A stretch of 64,000 bases of DNA from Spirochaetia bacterium (lineage in GTDB: Bacteria; Spirochaetota; Spirochaetia; SZUA-6; Bin103), in NCBI GenBank assembly GCA_965208575.1, contig CBDBOV010000004.1:736001-800000 (forward strand), given 5' to 3'. Below the pieces are notes generated by a model. That model was not told the DNA's origin. It searched no databases and saw only the letters and a program-made list of their open reading frames with translations. Shown here piece after piece: positions 38,433-46,524 of this stretch. A program made the position numbers and the translations under genes. Every line of letters starts with the position of its first letter. Position 1 is the first letter of the stretch.

Positions 38433-39113
38433 TCAGCGCATGGACAGGACGATTCGGACCAAGTCCGCCTGCCGCGAGATCCCGAGCTTGGCGTAGATCT
38501 GTTTGACCAGCCAACGCACCGTGCTTTCCGCCCGGAACGTGGTCTTGGCGATCTCGCGCACCGTGCTGCCTTCGGCCAGCGCAGCCGCCACTTGGCTCTC
38601 GGCACTGGTGAGGCCGAAAGTCTCCGCCACCAGGTCGGCGTCGACGTTGGGCCTGCTGGCCGGGTCCATTATCAACACGAGCGCGGCCGCGTTCCGTGCG
38701 CCAATTTCCAGCCGACGGACGCGATGGATGCCGACGGGGTTGATATGCACCACCAGCCTTGGCAGCAGCGGTGAGCGCTCCAACGTCATCGAGCCGCCTG
38801 CCACCTGGCGGCCGCGTACCGCCAACGCTTCCTTCAGCAACCTGCCCAGTCTGACGTCGTCGGTTGCCGAGCGCGCGTGCAGCACGCCGTCGCGATTCGC
38901 TAACGCACGGCCTTGGCGGAGGATCTTGCGGGCGCGGGAGTTCGCCCTGACGATTTTCCCGCGGCGGTCCAGGAAGACTGCCCCAACCATAGCGTTGGCC
39001 AGCAGTCCGGCGAGAGAGGTGCCCAGAGTGTGGGCGCGCACAAGGATGGGGCGATGCATGTGTCGGATATCTTCCAGTTCGAAATCCCGAGTTCCTGCGC
39101 AGATACCGTACAT
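38433..39113 (-). CDS. N-terminally truncated PAS-like / LuxR-HTH regulator (possible pseudogene)
   Basis: GAVFLDRRGKIV-AN and FGLTSAESQVA-LAEG-TVREIA...SRQADLVR; colinear with the C-terminal half of 39608-40756. Confidence 0.75.
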   Translation of the reverse strand: MYGICAGTRDFELEDIRHMHRPILVRAHTLGTSLAGLLANAMVGAVFLDRRGKIVRANSRARKILRQGRALANRDGVLHARSATDDVRLGRLLKEALAVRGRQVAGGSMTLERSPLLPRLVVHINPVGIHRVRRLEIGARNAAALVLIMDPASRPNVDADLVAETFGLTSAESQVAAALAEGSTVREIAKTTFRAESTVRWLVKQIYAKLGISRQADLVRIVLSMR

Positions 39114-39239
39114 GCGGCCCGGCTTGGCATCGCCCCCTAAACTGGGGGTTCTCGGTCTACTGAAGGGGACGGGGTTGCTGGAGGCTCCGGCACGATGCCC
39201 CCAATGAGCGATCTCTCAAGACCTCACGCTGAGCGAACG

Positions 39240-39535
39240 GTCAGCACCAATAAGACCGGGTGGCCTGCCGGGAGATTCCCAACGTGCCGGCACGTCCCTG
39301 CCCGGAGTCCGGCGCTACGGGCTCCGCTTCAGGTAAAGACAAAATCGCCCACTTCTATCTCACTGCCCGCTTGGAACTTACCGACAGCGCAATTGGCTCC
39401 TCCATCCAATCAGCACGGGCGGGGCCGCGCTCTGTGCGCCGATTTCCGGCCGATGGACGCGATGGATGCCCACCGGTTGACATGTACCACCCGCCTCGGC
39501 GGCATCGGTAAGCGCTCTACCCTCATCGAGCCTCT
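39240..39535 (-). pseudogene. Degenerate additional copy of the LuxR regulator 3' half
   Basis: 39242-39283 matches 39620-39663; 39408-39533 resembles 38670-38795. Confidence 0.7.
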
Positions 39536-39607
39536 CGGTGACCGTGTGCCCGCGAGGTGTCTGAGGCCTGGGGCACATGTGCTCGGCGCTATCTCTCTTA
39601 CCTTGGC

Positions 39608-40756
39608 TCAGCGCGCGGACAGCACCAATCGGACCAGGTCGGCCTGCCGGGAGATTCCCAACTTGCTGTGGATCTGCTTGATGAGCCACCGCACGGTGCT
39701 CTCCGCTCGGAACGTCGTCTTGGCAATCTCGCGAACCGTGCTGCCTTCAGCCAAGGCGACCGCCACCTGGCTCTCGGCGCGGGTAAGGCGGAGGGTCTCC
39801 GCAACGAGGTCGGCGTCGATGCTCAGCCTGTTTCCCGGGTCGACGATAAGCACGAGTGCGGCCGCGCTCCGTGCGCCGATGTCAAGCTGATCGACATTGA
39901 CACACACTGGGTTGACATGCACCACCAACCTCGGCAGCAGCGGTGAACGCTCCACAGACATCGAGCCGCTCGCCGCTTGGCGTCCGCCTTCTGCCAACGC
40001 GTCATCCAGAAAACGGCCGAGTCTGGCGTCGTCGGTCGCCAGGCGGGCGCGCAGCACGCCGTCCCGGTCCGACAGCCCATCGCCTTGGCGAAGGATCTCA
40101 CGGGCGCTGCCGTTGGCATCCAATATGCGCCCGCGCCGGTTCAGGAACACCACGCCCACCTGGTTGTTGTCGAGCAGACTACTGAAGGTGAGGCCGAGGG
40201 CCTCGGCGCGCACAAGTGCGTGACGAACCCGGACGAACTGCCGGATGTGCCCGAGAATGTGTCGTATGGACTCGATATCAGCGGAATTCCAACCGTCGGC
40301 GGCTACCGGATCGGCAATGCCGATGAGAATGTCCAACCCATCCGGGCCGTCCATTCGCGCGTTCCAACCATCCTGGCAGTCTGACATGCGTAGCGCTTCG
40401 TTGTAGGTCGGTGAACGGTTCAACTCCGGTTCGGTGAACATCTTGGTCACATGTACCAGGCCCTCGTCAGGGAGCCGCATGAAGCGAGGTATGCGTTCAT
40501 CCTGGGAGAAGTATCGTTCGACGTACAGCTTCGCGAGATCCAGCCGAAGTTCGCCGCGGAAACAGAGCCGATCAAAGAGCCACTCAGGGCGTGCGGGTGG
40601 CGCACGTGATCCATCACGGTCTACGACAACAAGGTGCATCCCCTGAGTGCCGAGCGCTTCATCGATCAGCGCCGAGGCTGCGACCCAGCCCGCGTCGCCG
40701 AGCATCGCTCCATGCAACGACTCGACAGCACGATCGATCTTGTCCTGCTGGTCCAT
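39608..40756 (-). CDS. Full-length sensor / PAS-like / LuxR-HTH transcriptional regulator
   Basis: AGGAGGAGG RBS before ATG 40756; C-terminal LT-AE-VA-LAEG HTH. Confidence 0.88.
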   Translation of the reverse strand: MDQQDKIDRAVESLHGAMLGDAGWVAASALIDEALGTQGMHLVVVDRDGSRAPPARPEWLFDRLCFRGELRLDLAKLYVERYFSQDERIPRFMRLPDEGLVHVTKMFTEPELNRSPTYNEALRMSDCQDGWNARMDGPDGLDILIGIADPVAADGWNSADIESIRHILGHIRQFVRVRHALVRAEALGLTFSSLLDNNQVGVVFLNRRGRILDANGSAREILRQGDGLSDRDGVLRARLATDDARLGRFLDDALAEGGRQAASGSMSVERSPLLPRLVVHVNPVCVNVDQLDIGARSAAALVLIVDPGNRLSIDADLVAETLRLTRAESQVAVALAEGSTVREIAKTTFRAESTVRWLIKQIHSKLGISRQADLVRLVLSAR

Positions 40757-41010
40757 GTCCCTCCTCCTGCGATACGCCGAAGAGCCGGTGAGGTGTACGA
40801 TCATTATTGAAGGACCACCATAACAGGTTGTTCATGTTCTGTCCGTATCCTTCCCTCAAGCCCGACCCTACCCTTGCGGCACGGGTGCGCGTGGCTGGGT
40901 GGCGGGAGCAATGCCCCGACTGCCCCGCGGTGGGTTTGACAGGCGGCGCGGCCGCCGGTAGCCTGCTCCCAGCGGCTGCTTCGCAGCCGGAATTTAACAG
41001 GAGGTATTGC

Positions 41011-42726
41011 ATGAACAAGACCCATGCGATCGCCGTGGTGCTTCTCGCCGCCGCGGCGATGTGGCTCTCCGCGGCCGGAGAGCAGGACAGCGAGATGGCG
41101 GCGGCCGGCGACGGCGGCCCGCAGTACGGGGGCACCCTGACCGCGGTCAGCGCCGCCTTCGTGATCGGCCCGGAGAGCCCCGACCCGGCTGACGGTCAGG
41201 GCCACTCCACGCTCTTTCTCTCCCTGATCCAGGAGCGCCCGCGGTTCGGCGACCACGAGAAATTCGGTCCCAAGGGCACCGGCGAGTACCCCTTTACCCT
41301 GGTTGGCCCGATGCCCGACAAGTACGCGCGCGGACTGCTGGTGGAGAGCTGGGACGTCACGCCCGAGCAACACACCTGGCACTTGCGCAAGGGCGTCATG
41401 TGGGCGGCGGACAACGTCGACTTCATGGAAAACCGCGAGATGGTCGCCGCGGACGTTGTCGCCGACCTCAAGTACTACCGCGAATCTCCCGCCGGGGCGC
41501 GCTTCAAGGGCGTGTCCGGCGACATCACCGCCACCGACAGCCACACCGTGGTGATCGAGTTCACCGAACTCGACATCGGCATGCTGAACATCCTCACGAT
41601 GGGCGGGACGACCGCCATTTCGCCGCCCGAGATGGAGGCGGCGGGCATGGACAAGTGGGCAAACCAGGTGGGCACCGGACCGTTCATGTTCGACGACTAC
41701 GAGATCGACTCCCACATGACCTACGAGCGCAATCCGAACTACTGGGACAAGACCACCATCGATGGACAGGAGTACCAGCTCCCGTTCGTGGACAAGGTGA
41801 TCGTCCCGATCATCGCCGACGAGGCGTCCATGGTCGCGGCACTGCGCACCGGCCGGGCCGACATGGCCAGCTCGGTGTTCGCCGTGCACTGGCAGACGCT
41901 CGACGAGACGGCGCCCGACCTGAACTCGCACCGGTTCCCGATTTCGTTCGGGTCGACGGCCTACCTGAAGACCACCGAGCCGCCGTTTGACAACCGCGAC
42001 GTGCGCCGCGCCATGATGGTCGGCACCGACCTGACCGGCTTCCAGAAGCTGCGCCAGGCGGGCGACCTGGAGTTGCCCACGCACTGGTTCCCGGTCGATC
42101 CGATCATGCCCTCCTACACGCCGATGGACGAGCTGCCGGAAGAGACCCGCATGCTGTACGACTACGATCCGGAGAAGGCGAAGCAGATGCTCGCCGACGC
42201 CGGCTACCCGAACGGCTTCACCATCGACTACACCACCCTGGGCTGGCCCGAGTTCATGACCGACGGGGCGCTGCTCAAGGACCAGTGGGAGAAGATCGGC
42301 GTTACGGTAAACCTGCAGGGCTTCGAGGCGGCGGTGTGGAGCGCGCACGCGCGCGAGCGCACCTACACCGGCTCGGTTCGGCAGGGGCACTGCGGCGGCT
42401 GCCCGGTGACCACGCTGCCGCGGTTCACTACCGGGCACACCCGCAACTACACCGACTGGTCCGATCCCAAGTTCGACGCGATGGTGGAGGAACTGACGAA
42501 GGAGCTGGATCCGGCGAAGCGCAACGAGATGATCAAGGAAGCGTCGATCTACCTGCTGAACGAGGTGATCGCGGTTCCGCAGGCAGTCAAGGTGCAGGGC
42601 CGCTTCTGGTGGCCGTGGATTCAGAACTATTACGGCGAGACCTACCTCGCGAGCACCAACACCTGGCTGGAGCCTTCCGCCTGGGTGTGGATCGATCAGA
42701 ACATAAAGAAGGAGATGGGCTACTAA
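41011..42726 (+). CDS. Orphan family-5 ABC solute-binding protein
   Basis: AGGAGG RBS, signal peptide, PQYGGTL, VGTGPF, RNPNYW, YDPEKAKQMLADAGYP and WIDQ-KKEMGY. Confidence 0.93.
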   Translation: MNKTHAIAVVLLAAAAMWLSAAGEQDSEMAAAGDGGPQYGGTLTAVSAAFVIGPESPDPADGQGHSTLFLSLIQERPRFGDHEKFGPKGTGEYPFTLVGPMPDKYARGLLVESWDVTPEQHTWHLRKGVMWAADNVDFMENREMVAADVVADLKYYRESPAGARFKGVSGDITATDSHTVVIEFTELDIGMLNILTMGGTTAISPPEMEAAGMDKWANQVGTGPFMFDDYEIDSHMTYERNPNYWDKTTIDGQEYQLPFVDKVIVPIIADEASMVAALRTGRADMASSVFAVHWQTLDETAPDLNSHRFPISFGSTAYLKTTEPPFDNRDVRRAMMVGTDLTGFQKLRQAGDLELPTHWFPVDPIMPSYTPMDELPEETRMLYDYDPEKAKQMLADAGYPNGFTIDYTTLGWPEFMTDGALLKDQWEKIGVTVNLQGFEAAVWSAHARERTYTGSVRQGHCGGCPVTTLPRFTTGHTRNYTDWSDPKFDAMVEELTKELDPAKRNEMIKEASIYLLNEVIAVPQAVKVQGRFWWPWIQNYYGETYLASTNTWLEPSAWVWIDQNIKKEMGY

Positions 42727-42768
42727 GCCAAGCAGCCCTGATCTGAGGCCCGAAGCGGGCAGTTCACG

Positions 42769-42800
42769 CGGCCACGGGAGCACATCCCGTGGCCGTTTTG
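42769..42800. terminator. Rho-independent terminator between convergent genes
   Basis: cggccacggga-gcaca-tcccgtggccg followed by tttt. Confidence 0.75.
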
Positions 42801-42805
42801 TTGGC

Positions 42806-43831
42806 TCATTTTCCGTCGGCGTTCCAGTCCCGGTAGATGTCGGCGATCACGTCGTCGATGCGCGAACGGTGGGTCTCCACGTCGTGGATGGCGCTCTGCG
42901 CGGATGCCTGCTGCAGCAGCACGGTGATCGGGGTGCGGGCGGCGTCGAACGTGTAGTGGTGGCGGTTGCCGTCGCTGCCGGTGAACCGGACGCCGGCGAG
43001 GCGCGGCGCGGCGGCGCTGCCGGTCTCGATCGTGAGGTGGCGGCGGTCGCCGAAGCGGCGGCGCAGTGTGGCGAAGTCACCGTCGTAGGCGATGCGGCCG
43101 CGGTCGATCAGGACGATGCGCCCGGCCAGTTGCTCCAGCTCGTCCATGTCGTGGCTGGTCAGCATGACCGTAACGCCGCGCTCGCGGTTCAGGGTCTTGA
43201 TGAAGTCGAGGATGGTGCGCTTCGCGAGCACGTCAAGGCCAATCGTGGGCTCGTCCAGGAACAGGATCTCCGGCTCGTGCAGCAGCATCAACGCGATGTC
43301 GGCGCGCATCTTCTGGCCTAGGCTGAGCTGCCGCGCCAGGGTGTGGAAGAACTCGCCGATGCCGAGCAGCTCCTTCACGAAGGCGAGCATCTCCCGGTAG
43401 CGCGGGCGCGGGATCTCCCACACCACCCGCTTCCACTCGAAGCTCGCCGCCACCGGCTGGTCCCACCACAGCTCGGTGCGCTGACCGAACACCACGCCGA
43501 TGCGGCGCACGTAGCGGACGCGCTCGCTCATCGGGTCCATGCCGAGACAGCGCACGGTGCCGGCGGTGGGCGCGAGCACACTGGACAGCAGCTTGACGGT
43601 GGTGGACTTGCCGGCGCCGTTGGGCCCGGCGTAGGCGACGATCTCGCCGCCGCGGATCGCCAGATTCACCCCGCGCAGGGCTTGAATCTGGCGAATCGTG
43701 GGCCGGAACAGGTTGGTCAGGACGTCGCGGAACCGCTCCGAGCGCTGGCGCTGGAAGAAGGTCTTGTCGACCTCGCGCAGCTCAACCGCGATGTCCCCAG
43801 GCGATGTAACGCTGCGATCCGGTCTGTGCAT
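42806..43831 (-). CDS. ABC exporter ATP-binding subunit
   Basis: GPNGAGKST, VVFGQRTELWWD, LSLGQKMR and FLDEPTIGLD. Confidence 0.93.
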   Translation of the reverse strand: MHRPDRSVTSPGDIAVELREVDKTFFQRQRSERFRDVLTNLFRPTIRQIQALRGVNLAIRGGEIVAYAGPNGAGKSTTVKLLSSVLAPTAGTVRCLGMDPMSERVRYVRRIGVVFGQRTELWWDQPVAASFEWKRVVWEIPRPRYREMLAFVKELLGIGEFFHTLARQLSLGQKMRADIALMLLHEPEILFLDEPTIGLDVLAKRTILDFIKTLNRERGVTVMLTSHDMDELEQLAGRIVLIDRGRIAYDGDFATLRRRFGDRRHLTIETGSAAAPRLAGVRFTGSDGNRHHYTFDAARTPITVLLQQASAQSAIHDVETHRSRIDDVIADIYRDWNADGK

Positions 43832-44615
43832 AGTGTTCCATACCCTTCTTGAATACGAATCCCGCCACCAGCGTCAGCAGCAGCGCCGCCAGCGGCGTGT
43901 GCCAGAGCCGCGGCGCGGCGATGCCGAGGAGCTGGCGGCTCGGATACCAGGCGACGAAGCCGACCGGCAGGATGGTGAGCATGCCGGTCAGCGCGATGGC
44001 GCTCAAGCCGTCGAGCGGGAACGCCTTGAGCTGATACAGGAAGTTCACCGCGCGGCTGCTGATCTCCTCGGCGGCCACCGGCGCCCAGAACGCCAGCGCG
44101 CCCCACAGGAACGAGAACGCCAGCGCCACGGTGCAGGACGCGAACAGGTTGGCCGCGAACAGCAGCCACCAGTGCGCCGGGAACCCGGCGCCGAGCTGCA
44201 CGATGGCCCAGGCGGTGATGCCGGCGCCGGTGAGCAGCGACCACGCCCCGGAGAACGGCATGAATCCCTCGGTCAGCAGCCCCATCCACAGCGGCTGCGG
44301 CTGCACCAGCAGGTGGTCGAATTGCCCGCGCCCGATGCGCCGGCTGACGTGCAGCACGTTGTAGCTGAAGCCGACGTCCAGGAAGCCGCGCACCAGCGCC
44401 GCGTAGCCGAGCATGAAGATCACCTGGTCGCGCGACCAGTGGCCGATGCCGCCGAACCGCTCGGCGAGCAGGAACACCGCGGCAACCCCGGCCAGGTTCA
44501 GGATCACGTCGGAGACCACGTTGATCAGGAAGAAGCGCAGGTCCTTGGTCATCCACATGAAGTCGAGGTGCGCCTGCACCCGCCAGCGCGCGAAGAGCGT
44601 GCGTGATCTACCCAT
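43782..44615 (-). CDS. ABC-2 family permease
   Basis: IGHWS, I-GQFD-LLVQP, FPL and ILPVGFVAWYP. Confidence 0.85.
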   Translation of the reverse strand: MGRSRTLFARWRVQAHLDFMWMTKDLRFFLINVVSDVILNLAGVAAVFLLAERFGGIGHWSRDQVIFMLGYAALVRGFLDVGFSYNVLHVSRRIGRGQFDHLLVQPQPLWMGLLTEGFMPFSGAWSLLTGAGITAWAIVQLGAGFPAHWWLLFAANLFASCTVALAFSFLWGALAFWAPVAAEEISSRAVNFLYQLKAFPLDGLSAIALTGMLTILPVGFVAWYPSRQLLGIAAPRLWHTPLAALLLTLVAGFVFKKGMEHYAQTGSQRYIAWGHRG

Positions 44616-44620
44616 CGCAC

Positions 44621-45433
44621 TTACCCTCCATGGGTTACCAGGCGCTCGCGGTTGGCTTTCCACATCAGGTGCGCGAGCGGCCACAGCAGCGCCGCCCACC
44701 CCGCCTGCAATGCGAGCAGGAACAGCGCATCGCCGGTGCCGGTGTAGATGCGCAACGGGGCGGAGGCCAGCGCTGCGAACGGCAGGTAGCCCAGGAGCTC
44801 TCCAATGCCCCACGGCATGAGCGCCAGCGGGATCACCGCCCCGGAGAGCAGCGTGCTGACGGCGGTGCGCAGCTTCATCATCGCGTGCACGCTGTGTTCC
44901 AGCAGCACCATGACGCTCGCGAAGATGAAGTCCAGCGCGGCGGCGACCAGCACCGCGAGAATCAGGCTGCAGGCGAACAGCAGCGCCGCGCCGGCGCCCG
45001 CGGGCAGCGGATCGACGCCCAGCAGCGGCGCCAGGCAGAACAGCGGCAGCGAGAACAGCAACAGGTCGCGCAGACCGGCGCCCGCCATCTCGGCCGTGAA
45101 CTGGCCGAACACCCCCGCCGGACGCAGGAACCGGTTGGCGATGTCCCCGCTCGTGAGCGCGAGCTCGATCCCGGTGCCGAGCGTGAGCTGGCTGGCGAAC
45201 ACCTCGGCGATCAGCGTGTAGGTCAGCACCGCGGCGCGCGTCATGCCCGCGGTCGTGCCGGTCTCCGGCAGCACCGTGCGCCACAGCGACAGCAGCAGCG
45301 CCACGCGCAGCAGCCGCAGCCCGAAGTCCCCCGCCAGCACCCAACCGCGGTCGTCCAGCGAACGCACGGCCGCCATGGTCAGCGTCTTGAGATGCTTGCG
45401 GGCCGCGCGGACATGATCGATCGCTCCTGCCAT
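44621..45433 (-). CDS. ABC-2 family permease
   Basis: LTY, SGDIA-LRP, LSGAVIPL-P, LPFA and C-terminal HGG. Confidence 0.85.
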   Translation of the reverse strand: MAGAIDHVRAARKHLKTLTMAAVRSLDDRGWVLAGDFGLRLLRVALLLSLWRTVLPETGTTAGMTRAAVLTYTLIAEVFASQLTLGTGIELALTSGDIANRFLRPAGVFGQFTAEMAGAGLRDLLLFSLPLFCLAPLLGVDPLPAGAGAALLFACSLILAVLVAAALDFIFASVMVLLEHSVHAMMKLRTAVSTLLSGAVIPLALMPWGIGELLGYLPFAALASAPLRIYTGTGDALFLLALQAGWAALLWPLAHLMWKANRERLVTHGG

Positions 45434-45614
45434 GGCGCGCGAAGTTCGTTCGACGAGCCGCCGATAGTCAAGGCGCTGCGCGGCGAATCCTGCGATTGGT
45501 CGGGAAGGGACTCCCATGGAATCATGCTGCTTGGCGGTGCGGCGCCGGGCGACGGCGGCGGCGGAGCAGACCGGCTGGGCGCGCGATGAGGCAGGCGCCC
45601 GCATCGCGTACCGC

Positions 45615-46090
45615 TCAGAGTTCGCCCGGCTCGGCCACGCGGTATCCGACGCCGCGCTCGTTGAAAATCCAGGTGGGCTTCGCCGCATCCTCGCCGAGCT
45701 TCCTGCGGATGGTCTTGATGAAGATGCGCACCAGGTTGGCGTCGCCGGCGTTGCGCTGGCCCCACACCCGACGCAGCAGCGTGTCGTAGGTCACCACCCG
45801 TCCGGCGTCGAGCGCGAGCACGCGCAGCAGCTCGTACTCGGTGGTGGTCAGCGCGACCGGCTCGCCGCCCACGGTCACCCGGCGGCGGTCGAAGTCGATG
45901 GCGAGCGCGCCGAGCACGAACGGCTCGGGCGCCTCGGTGCGGCGCAGCGCGGCGCGGATCCGCGCCACCAGCTCGGTTCGCGAGAACGGCTTGACGATAT
46001 AGTCGGCCGCGCCCGCTTCGAGCGCCGCGGCGGCCGAGAGCGTGCCGGTATCGATGCGGCCCGCGTCGAGCAGGTCGCCGATCAGGCATC
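45615..46090 (-). pseudogene. Internally deleted hybrid histidine kinase / OmpR-KdpE-type response regulator
   Basis: HisKA end LIGDLLDAGRIDTGTLS (~46035-46085) joined to AALEAGAADYIVKPFS...LT-TEYELL...RKLGEDAAKP-I-NERGVGY; no 5' part. Confidence 0.78.
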
Positions 46091-46371
46091 ACCTCCAGAA
46101 GCTGCTCGGGCGGATGGCCCGGCATGCGAAGTCTCTCCGCGATGCGCCGCGCCTCCCGGTTGACCGACACCCACGTCCGCCCTTGGCATCGAACACCACC
46201 ACGCCGCCCGGCGGCGAGCGCGGCCCGCGGCGAGCGGCGGATTCCGGCCACCCCGCGAGCCGGTGCGAATCGGGGGTGCCCGGGCCGGCGAATCGGCGGT
46301 CTGCGCCGCCGCTACGGCGGCCGGCGGGTCGATACGGTGTGATATATCGAATACACACCGTAAATCACTAA

Positions 46372-46385
46372 ATTGACACGTCAAT
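46372..46385. promoter_or_regulatory. Inverted repeat ATTGAC-AC-GTCAAT in an AT-rich intergenic island
   Basis: Perfect 6-bp arms that include a TTGACA; lies between the regulator relic and the adhesin. Confidence 0.5.
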
Positions 46386-46524
46386 ACACACAATATTCAC
46401 GCACATTTCACACAATGTCGACGTGCAAAGCGGTAAAATTCGGTCGGTCCGGCCCTGCGTGTTGCAGCGCCGCGCCGATGCCGCGTGAGCAGAGTGTTGG
46501 CGTTGCCGGCCGAGGAGCAGGCGA

